A model generated the notes under the pieces. The model was not told where the DNA came from and ran no database searches. It saw only the letters and a program-made list of their open reading frames with translations. From sequence record MW822008.1: DNA of 64,000 nt. One strand, given 5' to 3'. Below, one piece after another: positions 55,995-63,959 of this stretch. The position numbers and the translations under genes were made by a program. Within the stretch, counting starts at the first letter, position 1, and each line of letters begins with the position of its first letter.

Positions 55995-56367
55995 ATTCCA
56001 CCAGCATTGTTCTATACATGAATGTGATGATTGTGGTATACAAATGAGTGACATTTATACAGTTTCCTGTAAAGGTTTCAAATTCACTCACGGTGAACCT
56101 GCTTATTGTTATGGTACAGAAGAAGGTGATATCGAAGTAGTACTGAAAGAATTGTTCCAGTACTTGCAAAGTGTAGGTCATGATGTTACAATACCCACAT
56201 ATTATGAAGATGATTATGATGCACATGTAGAAGAAAATACATATTATAATCAATTCGTTTATGGTAATGGTTTTATCACATACCTACATGAGAATGGTAT
56301 TGAGGTAAAAACTAAGTACACCAGTGATGATTATGATGATGATAATTCTATGGAGATTGTAGATTGA
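55975..56367 (+). CDS. acidic Cys/His hypothetical protein
   Basis: HxCxxC motifs. Confidence 0.65.
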   Translation: MQIKKIKFHQHCSIHECDDCGIQMSDIYTVSCKGFKFTHGEPAYCYGTEEGDIEVVLKELFQYLQSVGHDVTIPTYYEDDYDAHVEENTYYNQFVYGNGFITYLHENGIEVKTKYTSDDYDDDNSMEIVD

Positions 56368-56951
56368 AAGCAAAAGACTTAGCAGCACTGTTGTTGCAGA
56401 ATCCTGAAATGGAAGTGTATCATGAGCACATGCACATTGATGACATGTGTGACGCTTACTATTCACCAGAAAATGTGTCTGGTATTGAAATTACCCCTAG
56501 TGGAGTATTCATCAGTACTGAACATATTGATTTCGATTCCCAGCAAGAAATCAAAACTCCACATAATAAGCCTCGCATTGGTGCTATTGACCTAGTATTT
56601 CATCAGGACCGTTTGGTGGAATATGATGAAGACGATGGTACTACCCGAACTGATGTTGAGAACATTGTTTTTCCTTTTTATAATGCATACGGAGACTCAA
56701 CAACAGGTGAAGATTTCTTCAGTGAACTATTAAATGATGGGGAAGTTTATGGTCAGAATGGAACAGTTTTTGTACTAGATCCTAATTATGAGCCAGACCA
56801 TAATACATGGCAATTCTACACACCTGAAGATGTAATGGAAGTTAAAGTACTTACAGATCTTGACGATAATTGGAACCCAGTATATACTTCAATGACATTT
56901 GAAGAAGCAAAAAACCATTTCGTTTCTAAACTAAACATTACAAAAGAATAA
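56364..56951 (+). CDS. hypothetical protein, paralog pair D
   Basis: MKAKDLAALLLQNPEMEVYH. Confidence 0.75.
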   Translation: MKAKDLAALLLQNPEMEVYHEHMHIDDMCDAYYSPENVSGIEITPSGVFISTEHIDFDSQQEIKTPHNKPRIGAIDLVFHQDRLVEYDEDDGTTRTDVENIVFPFYNAYGDSTTGEDFFSELLNDGEVYGQNGTVFVLDPNYEPDHNTWQFYTPEDVMEVKVLTDLDDNWNPVYTSMTFEEAKNHFVSKLNITKE

Positions 56952-56955
56952 GGAT

Positions 56956-57246
56956 TTGAAATTTATGAAAATTGTCGCAAGTGCATGGATGAAACTACAA
57001 GATGGTACTACTGCTTTTGAAGAGTATGGTTTTGTTGAAAGTGTAGAAGAATTAAATCGTTTTAAACGTGAAAATGATGATGATGTATTTGACATTGTAT
57101 TCACCTATCACCATATTCCAAATGATACAGATTATGAACATTATTATTACAATCCAGATCTGCTGGAAACTCTAGTTTGCGACAATCAACATGAAATTGA
57201 TGAAAACACTGCTCTACTAATGCTGAGTACCGTATCTCCGGTATAA
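56956..57246 (+). CDS. hypothetical protein
   Basis: ORF track. Confidence 0.65.
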   Translation: MKFMKIVASAWMKLQDGTTAFEEYGFVESVEELNRFKRENDDDVFDIVFTYHHIPNDTDYEHYYYNPDLLETLVCDNQHEIDENTALLMLSTVSPV

Positions 57247-57254
57247 GGAGTTAT

Positions 57255-57734
57255 ATGTATAACCTTACAATTATCCGCGAACCAAATGATTATGAAGGTA
57301 ATACAATCTATGGTGAAGTTTTGGTATTTCAAAGTACTGAACAAAGTGGTATTGAACATAAATTAAAAGATTATTTACGTGATCATTTATATCTGCACCG
57401 TACTGATGCAAATTGTAATTATGGTGATATAATGTTTATTGTAACGCACAATGGTGCGGTAATTGAACATGTGAACATGACAAATGTAATGGATTTTTAT
57501 AATTACACTGACACTTCTTTTCCATTGGATAACTATTTCAGTACTGTTTTTGATGCGTTACGTAAGAACGTTGCTAAAAATGATAGATTCTGTACTAATT
57601 TTAGATTATTAGAAACAAATACAAGAAAGAATCTTTCTAAGAAGTATGATGAAGAACATAAGAAAAATCAGGAAATTCAACGTTTACATGAGTTAATGAA
57701 GAAATATCCCAACGAGGTCAAATATGGCTCTTAG
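57255..57734 (+). CDS. hypothetical protein
   Basis: AAGGAG RBS. Confidence 0.75.
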   Translation: MYNLTIIREPNDYEGNTIYGEVLVFQSTEQSGIEHKLKDYLRDHLYLHRTDANCNYGDIMFIVTHNGAVIEHVNMTNVMDFYNYTDTSFPLDNYFSTVFDALRKNVAKNDRFCTNFRLLETNTRKNLSKKYDEEHKKNQEIQRLHELMKKYPNEVKYGS

Positions 57735-58062
57735 AGGACAAACTCAATATAAGTGTATTGAAGAAATCAGAAAGAAAGATGGAACACTTTTTGACAGGAA
57801 ATTAAAACAAGAATATAAAGACCTAAGAGATGTTATCCGAAATGAAAGTTTCGGTGGGAAGCGTAGGCAGAAGATTTATGAATTTCTGAAGAATGGTGTA
57901 GAAATTCAAGTCAATGGTCTTCATTGTGTACAAACCAAAAACGATCCAGATATTTTACGTCTTTTAAAAGAGGGTAAAATAGAAATGTTCAATATCCCAA
58001 TTTCATCCTATGGTAATAGATTAAAATGTAAGCACACGTACTTAAGGATTAAAAATGGGTAA
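57724..58062 (+). CDS. basic hypothetical protein
   Basis: GAGG RBS. Confidence 0.7.
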   Translation: MALRGQTQYKCIEEIRKKDGTLFDRKLKQEYKDLRDVIRNESFGGKRRQKIYEFLKNGVEIQVNGLHCVQTKNDPDILRLLKEGKIEMFNIPISSYGNRLKCKHTYLRIKNG

Positions 58063-58639
58063 ATTAGTATATTACTATGGTAGTATGTCTAGTGGTAAAA
58101 GTACTCATCTTTTACAAAAAGCATATAACCATAAGAAAAATGGAATGAAGGTAATTTACTTAACCAGTGCACTTGATGATCGTTATGGAACAGGAAAGAT
58201 TACTTCAAGAATTGGCATCGAAGCTGTGGCTGAAGTAATTCCAAAAAATGACATTAGTGTTCTTCTTAAAGTTAAAGAAACACTCAAAAATGACGTTGAC
58301 ATTAACAGTATCTATGTTGATGAATGTCAATTTTTAAACAGAGAACAGATTGACCATTTAGCTGATATAGCAGATAATTATGGTGTTGATGTTTCCTGTT
58401 ATGGAATACGAACAGATTTTGAATCCAATCTATTTGAAGGTTCACAAAGACTGTTCGAAATAGCTGATGACATACATGAACTTAAGAACGTGTGTGAGAA
58501 TCAGAAGTGTGGCAAAGAAGCCACGATGAATGCCCGTATAGTTGAAAGTACTGATAAAGTCTTTATTGGTGGTGATGAATCATACAAGAGTCTATGCAGA
58601 ACTTGCTATATGGATTATATGAGGAATAAAAATGGTTGA
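58055..58639 (+). CDS. tk: thymidine kinase
   Basis: YGSMSSGKST, ITSRIG, DECQFL, YGIRTDF, FEGS and YKSLCRTC motifs. Confidence 0.95.
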   Translation: MGKLVYYYGSMSSGKSTHLLQKAYNHKKNGMKVIYLTSALDDRYGTGKITSRIGIEAVAEVIPKNDISVLLKVKETLKNDVDINSIYVDECQFLNREQIDHLADIADNYGVDVSCYGIRTDFESNLFEGSQRLFEIADDIHELKNVCENQKCGKEATMNARIVESTDKVFIGGDESYKSLCRTCYMDYMRNKNG

Positions 58640-58856
58640 TTCATTTATGAAACGCGTTTTGAATGATGTACTATCTGGATTTAAAAAAGCGACTAGTCTT
58701 ATTTTTAGTTCAGTAGTGATGGTTATTACCGTAATGGCATTTGCACTTGTACTGCATTTTGTACCATTCTGGTTAGTATTCATTGTACTCATTGTTCTTC
58801 TAGGTACGCATGTTTATTATGTTTACCGTGAAGCTTTGGATGATGATAACGTTTAA
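58632..58856 (+). CDS. small membrane protein
   Basis: Two hydrophobic helices. Confidence 0.7.
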   Translation: MVDSFMKRVLNDVLSGFKKATSLIFSSVVMVITVMAFALVLHFVPFWLVFIVLIVLLGTHVYYVYREALDDDNV

Positions 58857-58864
58857 AAGTGTTT

Positions 58865-58888
58865 GACCTCACTATGTGGGGTCTTTTT
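58865..58888 (+). terminator. rho-independent terminator
   Basis: GACCTCAC-TAT-GTGGGGTC followed by TTTTT. Confidence 0.8.
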
Positions 58889-58899
58889 AAGGTATCTAT

Positions 58900-59343
58900 A
58901 TGCATAACGAAACTGAAGTCTTCAAACGTTTCATTGATATTTGTTTACACACGAATTTGGTATATTTGGGTCCAGGAGCAAACTTCAGAACTTTATCTTC
59001 AATTTTAGGATACACTGAACCATCATGCTTATATTGCGATGGGAACATGATCCATCTCACTGATGGTGATTTTAATGTTCAGTACATTTCACAATGTGAT
59101 ATGTATGTGTTTAATACGCCAGAATATAATATTATTATTGAAGAACGTACTAAAGATAATTACCCAACCCAATATGTAAGTTGGGATAGAACAGATTGCG
59201 TATATGCCACTGGTCCAGTACAGAAACCTATGAACTATCCTACTATTCATTTGAATGTTATCCATGATGAATTGAAAGATTACTGTAACAGTATTTCAGA
59301 TTCGGAAACAAAATACTTTCCTATTATATTTTTTAAGGTTTGA
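58900..59343 (+). CDS. hypothetical protein
   Basis: ORF track. Confidence 0.7.
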   Translation: MHNETEVFKRFIDICLHTNLVYLGPGANFRTLSSILGYTEPSCLYCDGNMIHLTDGDFNVQYISQCDMYVFNTPEYNIIIEERTKDNYPTQYVSWDRTDCVYATGPVQKPMNYPTIHLNVIHDELKDYCNSISDSETKYFPIIFFKV

Positions 59344-59735
59344 TTATGAGATGGCGTAAACGACATGTAACAAGATTTAATAAAATAATCAAAAAGTATT
59401 TCTCGCATAAGTTAGATCCAATCATACTTCAACTAAGAAGTAGTATGTTTGATAGACGTTTCCCACAGTGTTTAGAATCGTACAGTCGTAGACGTTCCAA
59501 GAATGAATACCTGGTATATCGTTATGATTTATCAGAATTCTTTTTGAATACTCGTGTATCTGTACCCATAAAACTGTACTCAAGGGTAAAACGAAGTAGG
59601 ATTCAAGATATCACGTATGGTTATCTTATGCTTGAAATCAGCGAACTAAATGAAAAAACAGGTAGAAATTTCAGTACTTTATGTCTGGAAAACAATGATA
59701 CCATAAAAAGAATTATAGAAGATTTGGGCAAGTAG
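59340..59735 (+). CDS. hypothetical protein
   Basis: ORF track. Confidence 0.6.
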   Translation: MIMRWRKRHVTRFNKIIKKYFSHKLDPIILQLRSSMFDRRFPQCLESYSRRRSKNEYLVYRYDLSEFFLNTRVSVPIKLYSRVKRSRIQDITYGYLMLEISELNEKTGRNFSTLCLENNDTIKRIIEDLGK

Positions 59736-59752
59736 GATTTTTTATGCTATAA

Positions 59753-60109
59753 TTGGAGATGAGTATGAAATACATCGACAAAGGTACAGTTGAAACGCAG
59801 TACTGGAATATTCATATTGCTGGTGATATCCAAACAGCAAGAGAGTACACAAGAAAGTTCACATTCAATCTTGGTTTTTGTGTACAATTGATTCCGTGTG
59901 AATACATCTACACGGGTGGTCTTGAAAGTGGAATGTGTGCTCGTATTATTCAGTACCCACGCTTTCCAAAAGAAGAAGTATATCTCAACCGAGATGTATT
60001 AAACTATGCTAAGGGTTTAGCTGAAGAGTTGTGTCAAAAGAGTTTTACTATTGAGCGAAACAATGATACAATCTATTATGAAAGTGCCAACCCTTTACAC
60101 AAGAAATGA
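59753..60109 (+). CDS. hypothetical phage protein
   Basis: YIYTGGLESG and IIQYPRFP motifs; TGCTATAAT upstream. Confidence 0.75.
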   Translation: MEMSMKYIDKGTVETQYWNIHIAGDIQTAREYTRKFTFNLGFCVQLIPCEYIYTGGLESGMCARIIQYPRFPKEEVYLNRDVLNYAKGLAEELCQKSFTIERNNDTIYYESANPLHKK

Positions 60110-60120
60110 AAGGAAAATAT

Positions 60121-60252
60121 ATGAATGGACTAAAAAAGTTTGGTAAAGATTTTCTAAAGTGCATCCGTTATACATACGATGCCAACCCTGAAATGACTGC
60201 CATCGTGGGTGTGTTTATTACACTCGTTGTATTAAGCTTTATTGTGGTGTAA
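60121..60252 (+). CDS. small membrane peptide (43 aa)
   Basis: AAGGA RBS; C-terminal hydrophobic helix. Confidence 0.55.
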   Translation: MNGLKKFGKDFLKCIRYTYDANPEMTAIVGVFITLVVLSFIVV

Positions 60253-60255
60253 AAT

Positions 60256-60459
60256 ATGATTGAAATTAATGCTGATGTATATTGTAGTGCATCACCCAAC
60301 TACTTCATTTATGCACTAAGTACATTTGGGGAAACTGAAGGTGAAACTTTTGTTTTAGTAGATAATACTACATGGTACAAAACAAGTAATAAAATTCCGA
60401 AAGATGTTTTGGAAACTTATGTTCGTATTGAAAATAAAAACATATATGTAAATTTATAG
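60256..60459 (+). CDS. hypothetical protein
   Basis: ORF track. Confidence 0.65.
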   Translation: MIEINADVYCSASPNYFIYALSTFGETEGETFVLVDNTTWYKTSNKIPKDVLETYVRIENKNIYVNL

Positions 60460-60466
60460 GTAAAAT

Positions 60467-60877
60467 ATGATTGAAATGGAAGGAACTCTGGTGTATGATC
60501 CAGATCGTGGCACTATGAAAAAGAAGAAGGACTTCTGGTTAGTACTACAACTTCCATTGCAGTTGGTTCGATACTACCAGTACTTCATCAGAACTAACTT
60601 ACATATTGATATTAAAGACCCACAATGGGGAGCACATGTCAGTATCGTTCGTGGTGAAGTGCCACCAAATCCAGAGTACTGGAAAAAGTACGATGGAATG
60701 AAAGTTAAGATTAAGTTCGATCCTTTCATCGAAGAAGTAAAAGACAATAAGAAACCTGGGTCATTCTTTATCATAGAGTTTGAAGATGATTTCATTGCAC
60801 AAATTCGTGATGAACTTGGTTTAGCATCTAAATATTTCAAATATCACATCACCATTGGTAGAACATACTACGATTAG
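60467..60877 (+). CDS. 2H phosphoesterase
   Basis: Two Hx(S/T) motifs: AHVSIV and YHITIG. Confidence 0.75.
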   Translation: MIEMEGTLVYDPDRGTMKKKKDFWLVLQLPLQLVRYYQYFIRTNLHIDIKDPQWGAHVSIVRGEVPPNPEYWKKYDGMKVKIKFDPFIEEVKDNKKPGSFFIIEFEDDFIAQIRDELGLASKYFKYHITIGRTYYD

Positions 60878-60900
60878 TGTGGATATTTGGTAAATAGGTC

Positions 60901-60928
60901 TTGATATAACTAAAAAGTATGCTATACT
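60901..60928 (+). promoter_or_regulatory. sigma70-type promoter upstream of the lysozyme gene
   Basis: TTGATA-16 nt-TATACT with extended -10 TG. Confidence 0.55.
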
Positions 60929-61044
60929 ACTTAAATGTTCCAAAGAACAACTGAGTACTGTAGAAAGTCCAATGAGGCTTTTGCAAATGGCCTCTTTGCC
61001 CTCTTTGTGATTGCTCATTGTTAACAACCAACAAAGGAGGCGTT

Positions 61045-61971
61045 TTGAAAAAAGCGAAAAAAGCACTGAAAACTAAAATTGCCATAGGCGTGTTAGTTTC
61101 ATCAGCCCTATTCGCTGCGATTGGATTTTATGGTTTTTCTCAAAGTGATCGTGCATCATCATTAGACGAAAGTCAGGTGCATAATTTAAAACCACAAGTT
61201 ACGCAAATTCAAAAGCAGGAACTACCACAGGTATCAGTACCAAAAGCAGTTCCAAGCAGCGAGAAACATTATACGGTTCAACCTGGAGATAGTTATTATT
61301 CTATTGCACAGAAATTTAAACCTAAAAATGTACAGATTGAAGATTATGTCATTTTGTTGAAGAACATCAACTTAAATGCAACTCTTCATACTTCTCAGGG
61401 TATCTTTATCCCAACAAAAGAGGATTTGAAGAACGTATTGTTACCAGATGTGACTGTACTGTTTGATTATAAAGATCCAGAAATTGTCAATCACATCAAA
61501 GAAGCTGAAGGTTCTATTGAATTTCAGTCCAAGAACAAACGACGTTTACTTGGTGGGAAAGTTGGAGTTCCTTTCCACAATTCTAAATTTCATCCCTATA
61601 AGGACATGAAAGGTAATTATACAATTGGTTATGGGCATTATTTGGGTAAGAAAGATTCTGATGCAATGAAGTACAGAAACGGGATTACCAAAGCACAGGC
61701 CAACAAACTTTTAATGCAAGATATGAAAAGGACTTACGAGGACTTTACACTATTGATGCAGAAGAAAGATGCAGTTAATCTGACAAAAGAACAGCAGCGT
61801 ATCCTGTTTGAAATGTCATACACAATGGGCGTTGATAAGTTGGCAACATTTAACAAACTATGGAAAAGTGTTAAAATGGATAACCCTAAGAAATTCAAGA
61901 AAGAAATCATGAATTCCTTGTGGTATCGCCAAGTTACAAACAGAGCGGATTTGTTGTTAAGCTCACTCTAA
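61045..61971 (+). CDS. membrane-anchored LysM + phage lysozyme (GH24-like) muramidase
   Basis: TTG start after AGGAGG; N-terminal TM segment; HYTVQPGDSYYSIAQKF (LysM); KEAEG...YKDMKGNYTIGYGH; MSYTMG; WYRQVTNRA. Confidence 0.85.
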   Translation: MKKAKKALKTKIAIGVLVSSALFAAIGFYGFSQSDRASSLDESQVHNLKPQVTQIQKQELPQVSVPKAVPSSEKHYTVQPGDSYYSIAQKFKPKNVQIEDYVILLKNINLNATLHTSQGIFIPTKEDLKNVLLPDVTVLFDYKDPEIVNHIKEAEGSIEFQSKNKRRLLGGKVGVPFHNSKFHPYKDMKGNYTIGYGHYLGKKDSDAMKYRNGITKAQANKLLMQDMKRTYEDFTLLMQKKDAVNLTKEQQRILFEMSYTMGVDKLATFNKLWKSVKMDNPKKFKKEIMNSLWYRQVTNRADLLLSSL

Positions 61972-61986
61972 AAAGGTAGGTAAATT

Positions 61987-62319
61987 ATGCTAAATCTAGT
62001 TATCCAAGGTAATGTTGATATTACTCCAGCAATCAATGACGCAATTCATGCTGAAGCAAATGCACTAACGAAGTTTAGTGATTCTTCAGTACTGCATATT
62101 GGTGTTCATGTGAAGAAAGAGCATAAGAATCAATATTTCGTAACTTTAACATCAGGCGGTAAGAGTGTTACAGCCGATGATGCAGATTTATACAAAGCAA
62201 TTGGTGATTCATTTGAAAAAATGGAAACTGTCTTAGGTAAAGACAAAAGCATCAAATTGTATCGCCGTAACCACCCCGAACATCCAGTTCAAGAAGACTT
62301 GACTGAAGACGAAGAGTAA
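61987..62319 (+). CDS. hpf: ribosome hibernation promoting factor (HPF/YfiA-like)
   Basis: IQGNVDITPAI...DLYKAIGDSFEKMETVL.K.K aligns with the HPF pattern. Confidence 0.75.
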   Translation: MLNLVIQGNVDITPAINDAIHAEANALTKFSDSSVLHIGVHVKKEHKNQYFVTLTSGGKSVTADDADLYKAIGDSFEKMETVLGKDKSIKLYRRNHPEHPVQEDLTEDEE

Positions 62320-62327
62320 GATATAAT

Positions 62328-62356
62328 AAAGGGACAGAGATTATTCTGTCCCTTTT
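62328..62356 (+). terminator. rho-independent terminator
   Basis: AAAGGGACAGA-loop-TCTGTCCCTTTT. Confidence 0.88.
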
Positions 62357-62373
62357 CTTATGGAGTTTTAATT

Positions 62374-62790
62374 ATGAATTATGTTTGGGCAGATGTAGTA
62401 AAATCTCTCGTATCAACACATGATGTTGATTTACCAGATAGTCTGGTATTTAACAGATGGTACTATCCAAACCCAGAGGACTGTAACGTTGGAATTGGAT
62501 TTTTTATTAATGATAAATCTAATTTGTTTGGATTAATTGAAGATGAGACAAAATCCAACCTTATATTCTCGATTGAGTTGAATGCTGATCACATAAAATA
62601 CTACACCAATAAAATGGACGAAGACGATGGAGATGTTATAATCCCAGCAGAAATAGACGAAGCTTCATTTTTTCAGTTATCATTGATTTATGATCTATCT
62701 AACATTACTTATGATAATGTGAAAGACCTTTTTATATTGTACAATAAAATGTATAATTACTTTTTAAGACCTTTTTATATTGTACAATAA
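62374..62790 (+). CDS. hypothetical protein (EHFQ-motif family)
   Basis: IDEASFFQLSLIYD; C-terminus altered by a tandem duplication. Confidence 0.7.
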   Translation: MNYVWADVVKSLVSTHDVDLPDSLVFNRWYYPNPEDCNVGIGFFINDKSNLFGLIEDETKSNLIFSIELNADHIKYYTNKMDEDDGDVIIPAEIDEASFFQLSLIYDLSNITYDNVKDLFILYNKMYNYFLRPFYIVQ

Positions 62791-62808
62791 AATGTATAAT
62801 TACTTTTT
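62723..62808 (+). repeat. perfect 43-bp tandem duplication
   Basis: AAGACCTTTTTATATTGTACAATAAAATGTATAATTACTTTTT x2. Confidence 0.92.
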
Positions 62809-62825
62809 ATAACAGAGGAATTGTA

Positions 62826-63011
62826 ATGGAATATACCATATGTGTAATTGTATGTATCATAGCCTTACTCGCAGGAGTTGGTGTGATGATTTACTGTGAT
62901 GCGGAACCAAGTACTGAAGTAGGTACAACCATCACACTTAAACCTGGTGTTAAAATTAATGATACCTATTGCTACAATCCAAACACAAACCGCTATGAGA
63001 TTTGTTTATGA
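62826..63011 (+). CDS. small membrane-anchored protein
   Basis: N-terminal TM segment; GAGG RBS. Confidence 0.65.
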   Translation: MEYTICVIVCIIALLAGVGVMIYCDAEPSTEVGTTITLKPGVKINDTYCYNPNTNRYEICL

Positions 63012-63415
63012 GAACATTCAACATTGATTATATAATTGATTCGATTGCAGAACATATGAAAAACATAAGTAAAAACGAGCCTGGTTTTTACTTCAACTTA
63101 GATAAACTCCATCGCAATACCAATGTATCTAGTTTTAATCGTGCTAAGAAACTTTACATCCGTATACATAACCTTTGGTACAGTGACGATACGTTGATGA
63201 TAGATATTACTGTTGATGAAGACATAACATTAAGATACATTGACGATTTTAAATCAGATGATATTCGTGCTGGATCATTACCAATTGATGCTTCATATGA
63301 AGAATATCTGCAATACCAGTTCATTGATGACACATTTGGATTTGACTTTGATCTATATAATAGTATAATGAACGTATACCATATATACGAAAGGAATTTG
63401 AATGGACATTCGTAA
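63008..63415 (+). CDS. hypothetical protein (EHFQ-motif family)
   Basis: GSLPID...EEYLQYQFIDDTF. Confidence 0.7.
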   Translation: MRTFNIDYIIDSIAEHMKNISKNEPGFYFNLDKLHRNTNVSSFNRAKKLYIRIHNLWYSDDTLMIDITVDEDITLRYIDDFKSDDIRAGSLPIDASYEEYLQYQFIDDTFGFDFDLYNSIMNVYHIYERNLNGHS

Positions 63416-63824
63416 AATACCAAATTTCCACAGTACATTAAGGTTCTTTTCTGAACAAGAAATCAGTACTGAAAGACGTGGCTTGATTTCATACAATCAT
63501 CATCGTGTTATGTACACTAATCATTTCCAGGGTACAGTTCGTATTAAATTTCGTAATGCACTCGACGACAATGATGAATTGTTAATTTTACTACGAAAAA
63601 GTAAGATAGAATTGACATACGCAACTCACCATATTGAAAGTGAGTTGATGTGGCACACACTATCAAAAAAAGAAGGGTCATTACCAGTTGATGATAATGG
63701 ACCAGAAACACTTGATCAGTACATGTTCATTGATGATACATTTAGTATTGACTATCCATCATTTCAGTGTATACTAGCTATACATAAAAAATATTACGAC
63801 CGTCTACGTGACAGATTAATTTAA
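63402..63824 (+). CDS. hypothetical protein (EHFQ-motif family)
   Basis: GSLPVD...ETLDQYMFIDDTF. Confidence 0.7.
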   Translation: MDIRKIPNFHSTLRFFSEQEISTERRGLISYNHHRVMYTNHFQGTVRIKFRNALDDNDELLILLRKSKIELTYATHHIESELMWHTLSKKEGSLPVDDNGPETLDQYMFIDDTFSIDYPSFQCILAIHKKYYDRLRDRLI

Positions 63825-63835
63825 TTGGAGGCATT

Positions 63836-63958
63836 ATGATTGCTATGTTAGAAGAAGATTGGGGTGTTTCCGAGCAAGGCACTGATGAATATGAATACCC
63901 AGAATATAAGCCTAAAGGCTTTTGGGAACGTTTGCGTGATTGGTTGATGGGGGAATAA
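63836..63958 (+). CDS. small hypothetical protein (40 aa)
   Basis: GGAGG RBS. Confidence 0.55.
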   Translation: MIAMLEEDWGVSEQGTDEYEYPEYKPKGFWERLRDWLMGE

Positions 63959-63959
63959 C

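Noticed and set aside
142-63438. Numerous minus-strand and alternative-frame ORFs in the track (for example 4107..4346, 9136..9489, 19388..19690, 27403..27669, 40973..41203, 60574..60840)
   Set aside because: They lie wholly within well-supported + strand genes, lack RBSs and show no recognisable motifs, so they are treated as shadow ORFs.
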